Shown here: one piece after another, positions 55,124 to 63,776 of the stretch
Layout: every line of letters begins with the position of its first letter
How positions within the stretch are numbered: the stretch's first letter is position 1
Assembly (NCBI GenBank): GCA_030445775.1
Contig: JASUTC010000002.1
Span: 1-63,776 of the forward strand
Reading direction: 5' to 3'
DNA from: Thermotogaceae bacterium
GTDB taxonomy: Bacteria > Thermotogota > Thermotogae > MWEM01
Length of the DNA: 63,776 nucleotides
Position numbers and translations under genes: made by a program
Notes under the pieces: generated by a model
Told to the model about the DNA's origin: nothing
Database searches by the model: none
What the model saw: only the letters and a program-made list of their open reading frames with translations

Positions 55124-56623
55124 ATGATGGAACAAATCATCAATGAGATTATTAAAGCTATCAATTGTAAAATAAATCACTTCTATATTGTGGGAGGAAT
55201 GCCTCGTGATCTCATTTTAAAAAAAGAAAGCAATGATGTGGATATTATCCTCCCTGTTCCAAGAGATCACCCTTTTTTTACAATAAACAAAAAAAGACAG
55301 ATTAAAAAATCGATTGGAACCGTGTTAAAGAAGATTATTGTAAACGGGAAGTCATTCAAATGTGAAATCAATCCATTACAAAAAGAAGACATTGAGAAAG
55401 ACTTGGAATCAAGGGATTTGACGATTAATTCTATTGCATATAAAGTAGATATTATGAGCAAAAAGCTTGAGATTTTTGACCCTTGCGGTGGAATCAACGA
55501 TTTAATCAATCATAAATTAAGATGTTATCAAGAAAATAACCTAGCGGAAGATCCCATCAGAATGCTTCGCATTTACAGATTTCAATCACTATTGAATTTT
55601 GATATTGATACCTATACGGCAATCAGTATTTCAAAACATCATGCTAAAATCAACGATGCCCCTAAGGAAATGTTATACGAAGAACTTTCAAAACTTTTCT
55701 CTGGAACTTATTGTGTCAAAGCTTTTAGAAACATGGCAACTTCAGGATTACTAAGCGAAATGATCCCTGAAATGGATCCTGTAATCAATTTCTTGCATCA
55801 AGATCCCTATCACCATCATGAATCTGTTTTTGAACACAGTTTACAAGTGTTAGAAAATTGTGTTCAGAAAAATCTTAGCCTGGAGTACAGAGTGGCAGCG
55901 TTTTTTCATGATATTTCAAAACCCTCTGTTTTTGATGGAAAACACTATATAAAACATGAAACTAAAGGGGTAAAAGTAACAAAAAACATTTTAAGTAGAA
56001 TGAGATTTCCAAATGACTTTATCAATAACGTTTCAAGAATTATTGATTATCACATGATGGCATTTAATTCACACAAAAAATTCTTTGAGATGCGATATAA
56101 TATAGGAGAAGACAAATTCAAAGATCAAATTCAATTCATAGAAGCAGACAAAATGGCAACAAACCAATTTTGGAATCAAACACAAGCTTTTCAAGACTTT
56201 GTTATGAACGTTAACATAGTCACTCGATACGATGATTGTGGTTTTTTTGAAAGATTAGAAAAATTGGTGAACGGAAAAATACTGTTGAAAATTGGATTAA
56301 AATCAGGGCCCGGATTCCAAAATTGTTTAGACTATCTAAAGAAATATTTTTTCAAAAAACCTGATAGACTCTCAGAAAGAAATATAATAAAGTTATTGGA
56401 ACAAAATTTGTTTTTCATCGGACATTACAGTCATTTCAAACACGGGATTCTTCAATCTAAACGAATCAGGGAATATATAAAAGGTCAAGTGATTTATGGT
56501 TTACTCGAAGAAGGTGTTGAGCTTTCATTTAAGAGTGGAATATTTTATTTCAATTATTTCTCTAAAGGGGAATTTATAAGTTGGGAAAAAGAAAATCGAA
56601 AGTATTGTTGTTTGTTTTATTGA
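55124..56623 (+). CDS. cca: CCA-adding enzyme / poly(A) polymerase family tRNA nucleotidyltransferase with HD domain
   Basis: VGGMPRDLIL...NDVDI nucleotidyltransferase head, RDLTINS, EDPIRMLR and an HD region (FFHDISKP). It has about 100 extra C-terminal residues. Confidence 0.8.
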   Translation: MMEQIINEIIKAINCKINHFYIVGGMPRDLILKKESNDVDIILPVPRDHPFFTINKKRQIKKSIGTVLKKIIVNGKSFKCEINPLQKEDIEKDLESRDLTINSIAYKVDIMSKKLEIFDPCGGINDLINHKLRCYQENNLAEDPIRMLRIYRFQSLLNFDIDTYTAISISKHHAKINDAPKEMLYEELSKLFSGTYCVKAFRNMATSGLLSEMIPEMDPVINFLHQDPYHHHESVFEHSLQVLENCVQKNLSLEYRVAAFFHDISKPSVFDGKHYIKHETKGVKVTKNILSRMRFPNDFINNVSRIIDYHMMAFNSHKKFFEMRYNIGEDKFKDQIQFIEADKMATNQFWNQTQAFQDFVMNVNIVTRYDDCGFFERLEKLVNGKILLKIGLKSGPGFQNCLDYLKKYFFKKPDRLSERNIIKLLEQNLFFIGHYSHFKHGILQSKRIREYIKGQVIYGLLEEGVELSFKSGIFYFNYFSKGEFISWEKENRKYCCLFY

Positions 56624-57987
56624 TTCTAACTTGGCAGTTACTTTCTGCAGCTGTTTCTGAGGATAATATCAAATCTTATAATATACTCTATGAATTACAA
56701 AAAGATCCCAAAAACTTAAGGCAAGCGCTTGATTGTACTTTATCTACAGTCATGTACGCTGAAGAAAATTTCCCTTCTCAAGAAAGCGCTGAAAGATTGT
56801 TGAGGAGGATTTATTCAAAAATTGAATTATTTGAACAATTTGGCAAGGATGACCCCGTCTTACTGGCAATTATCAAAGAATCCACAAGTGATTTATTAAG
56901 TGCGCTTAAATCAATTGATGAAGAAACTGACAAATACAAAAATACTTATCATTTGTTGGATTTTGTTATAAAAGATTTTTCTGAAATGATCCAAACCTTT
57001 CATTTTGAAAGATTTATAGAATACTTCAGTTTAAACAATCTGAAGGATTTTCAACTTATCGAATCAATCAACGGTAAACAAATGCAGATCCTTACTTCTC
57101 ATATCATTGATACCATCATACAAAATGATTATTATCTTAACAACACAACATACTCGGGAATTGTAAAACTGGGAAAAGAAAAGCTTATGAATTATTTAAG
57201 TATACAAATGAACCCATATTTGGATAAAAAACTTGTTAAAACACTTGAACAGCAGTATTCACTTTTAAAGGCTTACATTAAACTTTATCGGAGTTTTTAT
57301 GGTGATCAATTTGAAGAAAACATCCCAAAAGAAAAATACGACTACTTTTTAGAATTAGAAGAGTATTATAACTATTTAAGCAATGTAGAAATCTTATCAA
57401 GAAGATTTTTAACAGCTGAAGAACAAACTTTAGGTACTTTGTTTCCGGTCTTCTTTGAATATATAAAAAAATATCAATCCATCACCTTGAAAACAGATAA
57501 ACTCAATAACGCTGTGTTAAAAATGGTTAAAAATGCCTCCACAAGGTTTTCTTACGGTCAGAATGAACTGTTATCTGAAAAATATGACTTATCTGAGTTA
57601 TCCGTGTCAAACGAAGCGATTAATGAAAGTTTAAAAAATCTTTCTATGCTCTTGAAAACAAATGCTAAAAAAGAAGAAGATAAAACACAAGACTTACGAT
57701 CAAAATTTTTCCCCAAACCATTTTTTCTAATCATGATTTTGGTTGTTATTGGCTTGATATTTTTATTTATCTTAGTATTGCCACTCAAGTTAAAGGGAAG
57801 CTTATTCAAAAAAATTGGTTTATCAACAAAAGCCCTAACATTATTTGAAAAAGCTGCCATCAAACACCCCATGGATCCAGAAATACATATAAAAACAGCT
57901 CAAATTTATGAAAAACTTGGAAGAGAGGAAGAAGCGATGAACGAATACAAAATAGCATCAAAAGTTTTAGATATGAAAGAAGATTGA
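56581..57987 (+). CDS. hypothetical exported protein with C-terminal TM helix and TPR-like tail
   Basis: TTG start after AAAGGGGA. Signal peptide VLLFVLLILTWQLLSA, TM helix FFLIMILVVIGLIFLFILVL and a TPR-like C-terminus. Overlaps the cca 3' end by 43 nt. Confidence 0.6.
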   Translation: MGKRKSKVLLFVLLILTWQLLSAAVSEDNIKSYNILYELQKDPKNLRQALDCTLSTVMYAEENFPSQESAERLLRRIYSKIELFEQFGKDDPVLLAIIKESTSDLLSALKSIDEETDKYKNTYHLLDFVIKDFSEMIQTFHFERFIEYFSLNNLKDFQLIESINGKQMQILTSHIIDTIIQNDYYLNNTTYSGIVKLGKEKLMNYLSIQMNPYLDKKLVKTLEQQYSLLKAYIKLYRSFYGDQFEENIPKEKYDYFLELEEYYNYLSNVEILSRRFLTAEEQTLGTLFPVFFEYIKKYQSITLKTDKLNNAVLKMVKNASTRFSYGQNELLSEKYDLSELSVSNEAINESLKNLSMLLKTNAKKEEDKTQDLRSKFFPKPFFLIMILVVIGLIFLFILVLPLKLKGSLFKKIGLSTKALTLFEKAAIKHPMDPEIHIKTAQIYEKLGREEEAMNEYKIASKVLDMKED

Positions 57988-57991
57988 TTAG

Positions 57992-58510
57992 ATGTTATCA
58001 ATGAAATTTGAAAAAGGCTTCTTTTGGGTGGTCATATTCTTAATAATTCTTTTGCTGGCAGCTTATCATTTTTTCCCTTTAAAATACAAAAAAGAAATAA
58101 ACAGCGTTGCAGCAGAAATGAAAATAGATCCATCTTTCATTGCCGCAGTTATTAAACTCGAAAGTAACTTTGACGAATTAGCACTGTCTCATTCAGGGGC
58201 TTTCGGATTGATGCAGTTGATGCCAGAAACAGCTAATTGGCTATCAAAACAACAATTCATACAAGGAAGCTGGAGAGAACCCTTAAATAATATAAAACTA
58301 GGCACTTTTTATTTAAAGAAGCTTCAAGCAGACTTTAACTATGATATACACCATGCTTTAAATGCCTATCATATGGGACCTACAAAACTTAAAGAAGTAT
58401 TGGCAAATAACGAAAATTTTAAAAAAACCAATTACACAAAACGTATCCATTTATATCATTTTGCGTACAGAATACTCTATGATGGTTTTTTTATTTATCC
58501 AGGAGAGTGA
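57992..58510 (+). CDS. lytic transglycosylase (SLT domain)
   Basis: Catalytic motif IKLESNFDELALSHSGAFGLMQLMPETA plus AYHMGP, with an N-terminal TM anchor. Confidence 0.85.
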   Translation: MLSMKFEKGFFWVVIFLIILLLAAYHFFPLKYKKEINSVAAEMKIDPSFIAAVIKLESNFDELALSHSGAFGLMQLMPETANWLSKQQFIQGSWREPLNNIKLGTFYLKKLQADFNYDIHHALNAYHMGPTKLKEVLANNENFKKTNYTKRIHLYHFAYRILYDGFFIYPGE

Positions 58511-58519
58511 TAGGATTTT

Positions 58520-59197
58520 ATGATCGAGGCACATCAATTAGTTAAAACATACAAAAACGGAGAAATAAATGTAAAAGCCCTTGACCATGTGTCTTTGAGT
58601 GTCGAAAAACGAGAAATCGTTTCAATACTGGGCCCTTCAGGTTGTGGAAAAAGTACTTTGCTCAACTGTTTATCAGCAATTGATAATCCTGATGAAGGTA
58701 AGATCATGATCAACAATCAAAATATTTTAGAGATGAACGATAAAAAGGTGACCAAATTTAGAGCGGAAAATATGGGCTTTATTTTTCAATTTTACAATTT
58801 GATTCCTGTTTTAAACGCACTTGAAAATGTCGAATTGGCATTACTCGCTCAAAATTCCAAGATAAAAGATACTAAAACAAAAGCAGAGAATGCCTTAAAA
58901 AAAGTCGGTTTAAATGATCGTATGAAACATTTTCCCCATCAATTAAGTGGTGGCGAAAGACAACGAGTTGCTATCGCAAGGGCAATAGTACATAACCCTT
59001 CAATCATCTGGGCTGACGAGCCAACAGGAGCACTTGATACCAAAACCGGTAACAAAATCATGGATTTAATCCTGGAATTAAATCAATCAGAATCCATGAC
59101 GTTTGTTATCGTTACTCACGATGATCGAATTGCGACTTTTTCAAACAGAATACTGAAAATGGACAGTGGAAGATTCATAAAAGGAGAGTCCCAGTGA
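58520..59197 (+). CDS. ABC transporter ATP-binding protein (MacB/LolD-type)
   Basis: Walker A GPSGCGKST, signature LSGGERQR and Walker B IIWADEPTGALD. Confidence 0.9.
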   Translation: MIEAHQLVKTYKNGEINVKALDHVSLSVEKREIVSILGPSGCGKSTLLNCLSAIDNPDEGKIMINNQNILEMNDKKVTKFRAENMGFIFQFYNLIPVLNALENVELALLAQNSKIKDTKTKAENALKKVGLNDRMKHFPHQLSGGERQRVAIARAIVHNPSIIWADEPTGALDTKTGNKIMDLILELNQSESMTFVIVTHDDRIATFSNRILKMDSGRFIKGESQ

Positions 59198-62058
59198 GCT
59201 TTTTTATAACAATCATCGTTACCCTATTGGTATTTGTTTTTATCATATTAATCAGCAATAAAAAGGTTAGAAAAATCTCCTTCAGAAACCTTTTCAGAAA
59301 AAAGACTCAAACAATATTGATTATCCTGGGTTCGATGATAGGAACCGCAATGATTACAGGATCTTTAGGAATAAACGATTCAATGAGTCTTTTCCTGTAT
59401 TCACAAATAAGAAATGATCTTGGTCCCATCGATGAGATTATTTACAAGGGAAACCAAGATCAATTTTTGACTTTTAAGAAACAACTCGGAGATGAATTTT
59501 GTCAGGATGCTCAATCGAATTTATTTATTGACGGGTGTCTAAACGCTTATTATATGAATGGAACACTTAGTTTTAACAACACACGCATCAAAAACCCTTT
59601 AACTGATATTTCTGTTAAAATCATTGCATTTGATTTTTCAAATCTGAATTTTTTTGATATTAAAAACAAAAATACTAGTAAATTTATCATTTCACAAAGC
59701 CTTAAGGAAAAAATTGCATCTGTAGGAACAGGTGAATTTTATCTTTCTGAACAGACAAATTCATTATTTGACATCGGAAAGTCTAAATTTAAGATCGAAG
59801 AATATCTTACAACAGACAATATACCCCGATTAAATGTGATTACTCCTAATTTTGAAGGGAATTATACTGTGTTCATTGACATTAAGGAGTTCTATCAAAT
59901 CTTTCCTGAAAAAGAAAATGATATCAATGTGATTATGATATCAAACACCGGTGATTGGTTAAAAGGGAATACAATGACAACAAATGTGATTTCCTTTTTT
60001 GAAAACAGCGATTTATCACGCTTGGGCTATAAAATGGAAGCGGTAAAATTAGAGAGTTTACAGCAAGTTGGAAATGCTAATATTGGTTACTTATTTTTGT
60101 TCTTAAGTGTTTTTTCCATCGTATCAGGTATCTTTTTGATGATTAGTACTTACTCCATGATGGCAAAGGAAAGGGAAATTGAAATAGGGATGTTGCGAGC
60201 CATCGGATATAGTGAAACTGATATTGGGAGGATGTTTTTCCTTGAGGGCATTTTCTATTCGGTCTTATCGACTTCTCTTGGAATATTCTCCGGTATCTTC
60301 TTGACAAAATACATACTTTCAAGCATAACGGGATTTGTCTTTAAAGTATCAAATCGTTTTTTAAATACAATTGGATCCACTATCCTATCAATGAATGAAA
60401 TCCCGGAATTTGAGTTCTATATCAGTAATCAAAATATTATCGTTTCATTTTCAATAGGAATCTTTATCTCGTTAATCATCATATTCTTTTATTCTAAAAG
60501 GATATCGAAAATAGGCATTGTCAACGCCATTAGAGGCACCGATTCCTACATTACAGCAAAACATAAACAGAAAATTTTTGTCAGAGTTTTATTGATTGTA
60601 ATCTCAATATTTATTGTTTTTAATGGAATTCAAAATAAAGATCTTTTGTTTTCTTCCCTTGGATTCATCATATTCATCTTTGGCTTACTTCTAAACCAAC
60701 TAAGTAAGAAAAAACTTCTTTTCAATCTTCTGTTGATTTCTCTAATTTTCATCACGTTTTTTTTGGAAGCAGATGTTTTTTCTAATACAGAATATGCTTT
60801 TTTTATCATAATGATGAAACCATTCATTTTGCTTATTTCCTTACCCATTTTACTCCTTAGCAATTTAGAGGTTTTGAGGAGACTTTTTTTTAACAAAGCT
60901 TTCTCGAAAATATTAGATCCCTTTATCACAAAAATAGCATTCGCATATCCAAAAAAGGAAAAGGGTAAGACTGGTTTGATCGTAGCCATATATGCACTGG
61001 TGTTATTTATAATCGTGATTGTAACCGTTATTCCACATTCTCAAATGATCGGTATAAAGAAAAGTAGCGAAACCTTGTTTTGGGGATATGATGCCTTTGT
61101 CCCTGATTTTTTAAACACCAACAAGGATTACAAGGAAGAACTGAAAAACAAAGCTTTCATCCAAAATATCCAGGAAATCACGGAATTTAGTATGAAAACG
61201 ACAACGGGGATGCAAAGAGCATTTTTGATTCCCCAAAAATTCAGTTTTCCTGATCCACAAGGTAAATGGTATCCCACTTCTGAATATAAAACCCTGGAAA
61301 CCGCAATCGAACACTTAAAAGAAAACAAAAGTGCGTATATCGTTATTTCCGGTAGAGAAAGTGAAACGGTTGATACCGGATCAAAACAGATTCAATTATC
61401 CGACAAATTTGAAAAACTGGGGACTTATTTCTTTGATAACATCACTTTTTTTCAGGGAATTCTTTTAACTGATGAAAAGCAAATTCAAAGTGAAGATTTC
61501 AATCAATATGATTTAATAAAAATATCCGGAAATACAGACGAAGAAATCAGCAGAAACAAGGAAGAATTTAGAGGCTTCAGCGAAAAAAACGGTCTATTTG
61601 CCATAACAAATGATGATGTTGTTGAAATATCCGAGATAGCCATACAGGGCATGATTAAAATATTGAACGGGTTTCTTTATTTTGGAATGATAATTGGTAT
61701 AATGGGTATTTCAATTACAATGTACAGAGCATTTTACGATAGGAAAAAAACCATAGGAATGCTTAAAGCCATAGGATTTACAAAACGTCAAATCTTTTTT
61801 TCCTTTATAACCGAAACGACTATTATTGTGGTTATTGGCCTTTTTATTGGGATTGCTTCTGGTATAATTAGTGGAGAACAAATCAATACCATTTTTTCGC
61901 AGTTGGGAGCTCCCGGTGGAGAAACACTATACATTCCATGGGCGAAACTGATTATCATATCAGTATCATTCTATATCGCTTCAATTATTTCAGTGCTCAT
62001 ACCCAGTTACAATGCCTCTAAAATAAATCCGGCAGAAGCATTAAAAACATTAGAATAA
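59194..62058 (+). CDS. ABC transporter permease with two FtsX-like modules
   Basis: 954 aa with two repeats of the 4-TM FtsX pattern (EIGMLRAIGYSETDI and TIGMLKAIGFTKRQI), each preceded by a large extracytoplasmic domain. 4-nt overlap with the ATPase gene. Confidence 0.85.
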   Translation: MSFFITIIVTLLVFVFIILISNKKVRKISFRNLFRKKTQTILIILGSMIGTAMITGSLGINDSMSLFLYSQIRNDLGPIDEIIYKGNQDQFLTFKKQLGDEFCQDAQSNLFIDGCLNAYYMNGTLSFNNTRIKNPLTDISVKIIAFDFSNLNFFDIKNKNTSKFIISQSLKEKIASVGTGEFYLSEQTNSLFDIGKSKFKIEEYLTTDNIPRLNVITPNFEGNYTVFIDIKEFYQIFPEKENDINVIMISNTGDWLKGNTMTTNVISFFENSDLSRLGYKMEAVKLESLQQVGNANIGYLFLFLSVFSIVSGIFLMISTYSMMAKEREIEIGMLRAIGYSETDIGRMFFLEGIFYSVLSTSLGIFSGIFLTKYILSSITGFVFKVSNRFLNTIGSTILSMNEIPEFEFYISNQNIIVSFSIGIFISLIIIFFYSKRISKIGIVNAIRGTDSYITAKHKQKIFVRVLLIVISIFIVFNGIQNKDLLFSSLGFIIFIFGLLLNQLSKKKLLFNLLLISLIFITFFLEADVFSNTEYAFFIIMMKPFILLISLPILLLSNLEVLRRLFFNKAFSKILDPFITKIAFAYPKKEKGKTGLIVAIYALVLFIIVIVTVIPHSQMIGIKKSSETLFWGYDAFVPDFLNTNKDYKEELKNKAFIQNIQEITEFSMKTTTGMQRAFLIPQKFSFPDPQGKWYPTSEYKTLETAIEHLKENKSAYIVISGRESETVDTGSKQIQLSDKFEKLGTYFFDNITFFQGILLTDEKQIQSEDFNQYDLIKISGNTDEEISRNKEEFRGFSEKNGLFAITNDDVVEISEIAIQGMIKILNGFLYFGMIIGIMGISITMYRAFYDRKKTIGMLKAIGFTKRQIFFSFITETTIIVVIGLFIGIASGIISGEQINTIFSQLGAPGGETLYIPWAKLIIISVSFYIASIISVLIPSYNASKINPAEALKTLE

Positions 62059-62070
62059 GTGGAGGTTATT

Positions 62071-63159
62071 ATGACGATTAAAGACTTTATTTCAATCATT
62101 GAATCACGAATTCCCAATAGTATTCAGGAAAGTTTTGATAATTCCGGTATACAGATTGGACCTTTCAATCAAGAACTGAGAAATCCATTATTGACTTTAG
62201 ATGTATCGGAGGAAGTTGTAGAAAATGCACTAGAACTTAACAGTAATATGATAATATCCCATCATCCACTTTTCTTCAACTCGTTTAAAAGTCTCATAAT
62301 AGATAACACAAAAACGAAAATGATTCAACAGATATTCAAATATGGAATAACCCTTTACGCATGTCATACTCCCATTGATAAAATTGAGGGGGGGATGAAT
62401 GATTATTTCAGTCAGCTCATCGGTTTAGAAAATCTGGAAGGCATTATTGATTCTGGAAAAAGAGAAATATACAAAGTTCAAGTTTTTGTCCCGGAAACAC
62501 ACAAAGAAATAATTATTGACAAAATTGCAGAAGTTGGTGGAGGTTGGATAGGTAATTATTCCGAATGCACATTTTCATCATCCGGTATTGGAACCTTTAA
62601 ACCTCATGAAGGAACCAATCCTTATATTGGAAAATATAACGAGAGGGAATACGTCAATGAAGTTAAAATCGAAACGGTTATCCCAGAAGAGCAAGTCGAT
62701 ATGTTAATTAGAGAGATAGAAAAGGTACACCCTTACGAAGAGGTTGCTATGGAAGCCTTTCCGCTTGATAGGCCCGTGTTTCATCATTTTCTTTGCAGAA
62801 AAGGAGAATTAAGTGATTCAATAACGTTAGTTGAATTGATTCAAAAATTAAAGATAAAGTCCCAACAAAAATCAATTCGATACAATGGCAAGGATAATAA
62901 GATTGTTAAGAGAGTAGCTGTATGCACAGGTAGTGGAGCCAGTCTTTTAAAAGATGTTTTAAATGAAGATGTTGATGTTTTTATCACAGGAGATGTGGGA
63001 TATCATGATTTCCAATTTGCGGAAGAAAATGGTGTATCCATTATTGAAATAACTCATAACAACACGGAAAAATATTTTCCTTTTGTTTTTAAGGACTTCT
63101 TTAAAGATACCAATGCTGAATTCCACAGTCATTCTTTTTCCTTTTTAAAGGAGGTTTAA
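62071..63159 (+). CDS. Nif3-like dinuclear metal centre protein (GTP cyclohydrolase 1 type 2 homologue)
   Basis: ISHHPLFF, the YACHTPID motif and the C-terminal ITGDVGYHD, with an inserted PII-like domain. ATG at 62071, 6 nt after GGAGGT, is preferred over GTG at 62059. Confidence 0.85.
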   Translation: MTIKDFISIIESRIPNSIQESFDNSGIQIGPFNQELRNPLLTLDVSEEVVENALELNSNMIISHHPLFFNSFKSLIIDNTKTKMIQQIFKYGITLYACHTPIDKIEGGMNDYFSQLIGLENLEGIIDSGKREIYKVQVFVPETHKEIIIDKIAEVGGGWIGNYSECTFSSSGIGTFKPHEGTNPYIGKYNEREYVNEVKIETVIPEEQVDMLIREIEKVHPYEEVAMEAFPLDRPVFHHFLCRKGELSDSITLVELIQKLKIKSQQKSIRYNGKDNKIVKRVAVCTGSGASLLKDVLNEDVDVFITGDVGYHDFQFAEENGVSIIEITHNNTEKYFPFVFKDFFKDTNAEFHSHSFSFLKEV

Positions 63160-63220
63160 AATATTGAAAATTATAGTATAATAAACCACAAAACAAATTC
63201 TATTATCATGGGAGGTAGTT

Positions 63221-63775
63221 ATGGCACTTTGGATAATATTGGGAATTGTTGCAATCTTGGTAATATGGATTATTGCCACATACAACAAACTTGTCAGAGA
63301 ACGTAAAAAAGTTCAAAATTCCTGGAGTCAGATTGACGTTCAACTTAAAAGGAGAAGCGATTTAATCCCAAACCTCGTTAATTCAGTTCGAGGATATATG
63401 AAACATGAAAGTGGTACTTTGGAAAAGGTAATGGAAGCAAGAAACAAGGCCGTTAATGCCGGGTCTTCTAATCAGAGGATGGAAGCTGAAGGCGAATTAA
63501 GCGGCGTACTCGGAAGACTCTTTGCTGTTATGGAAAACTACCCGGATCTAAAGGCCAATCAAAATGTTATGTCCTTACAGAATGAGTTAACACAAACAGA
63601 AGATAAAATTGCCTATTCCAGACAATTCTATAACGACATCACCATGAAATATAATACAGCAATAGAAGTTTTCCCGGGAAACATCATTGCCAGGCTTTTT
63701 AGCTTTAAAGCCTTTGAATTTTTCCAGATTCCCGAATCAGAGAAAAACGCACCAACTGTCAATTTGGAAATGTAG
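63221..63775 (+). CDS. lemA: LemA family protein
   Basis: N-terminal TM helix, then YNKLVRERKKVQNSWSQIDVQLKRRSDLIPNLV and YPDLKANQNVMSLQNEL. Confidence 0.9.
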   Translation: MALWIILGIVAILVIWIIATYNKLVRERKKVQNSWSQIDVQLKRRSDLIPNLVNSVRGYMKHESGTLEKVMEARNKAVNAGSSNQRMEAEGELSGVLGRLFAVMENYPDLKANQNVMSLQNELTQTEDKIAYSRQFYNDITMKYNTAIEVFPGNIIARLFSFKAFEFFQIPESEKNAPTVNLEM

Positions 63776-63776
63776 T

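Noticed and set aside
1-63776. CRISPR arrays, IS elements, integrases, prophage blocks and rRNA genes
   Set aside because: Reading all intergenic regions by eye, I found no spaced direct-repeat array, no transposase or integrase-like ORF and no rRNA-like sequence. The only RNA gene I could fold is tRNA-Thr at 54077-54152. A computational repeat search would be needed to exclude short dispersed repeats.

Overview
This is an AT-rich, tightly packed, chromosome-like bacterial segment with about 57 protein genes and one tRNA. I saw no rRNA, CRISPR array or recognisable transposase or integrase. A TM0106-type RecB-like nuclease, an Omp-alpha-like SLH/coiled-coil/TM-anchor protein and frequent poly-G Shine-Dalgarno runs suggest a low-GC member of the Thermotogota; this is inference only.

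Housekeeping genes recognised from motifs:
- ROK kinase, ppx and ppk
- argS, mnmE, hisS, queA, era and a CCA-adding enzyme
- pilT, mini-RNase III, folC and a polyprenyl synthase
- Nudix hydrolase, parvulin-type PPIase, scpB and an arginine deiminase-like gene
- M55 and M6 peptidases, MaoC dehydratase and an SLT transglycosylase
- MacB/FtsX-type ABC transporter, NIF3 and LemA

Best candidates for something undescribed, none proven:
1. A translationally coupled pair at the left edge: a membrane-anchored coiled-coil protein plus a DUF2791/BrxD-like P-loop ATPase, with no other BREX/Pgl genes in view (349-2396).
2. An extremely TA-rich island of about 1.4 kb enclosing a lone ribbon-helix-helix-like gene. 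It lies divergent from an isolated D-ornithine 4,5-aminomutase pair (oraS/oraE) that is start/stop-coupled to a PF04008-like protein (46977-51407).
3. An overlapping operon of a 722-aa K/E-rich protein, a HlyD-like adaptor, PilT and mini-RNase III (17652-22161).

Smaller sequence-level oddities:
- A G7 tract at the HD-GYP gene start, where one extra G would bring an ATG into frame.
- An in-frame TAA splitting a Cys/His domain from an HTH domain.
- An AhpD-like CxxC domain fused to a GAF/fRMsr-like domain.
- An orphan mrpC/mrpD pair.
- A 953-aa envelope protein whose lipase-type nucleophile Ser is Gly.

All family assignments come from motif recognition by eye. No database search was run.
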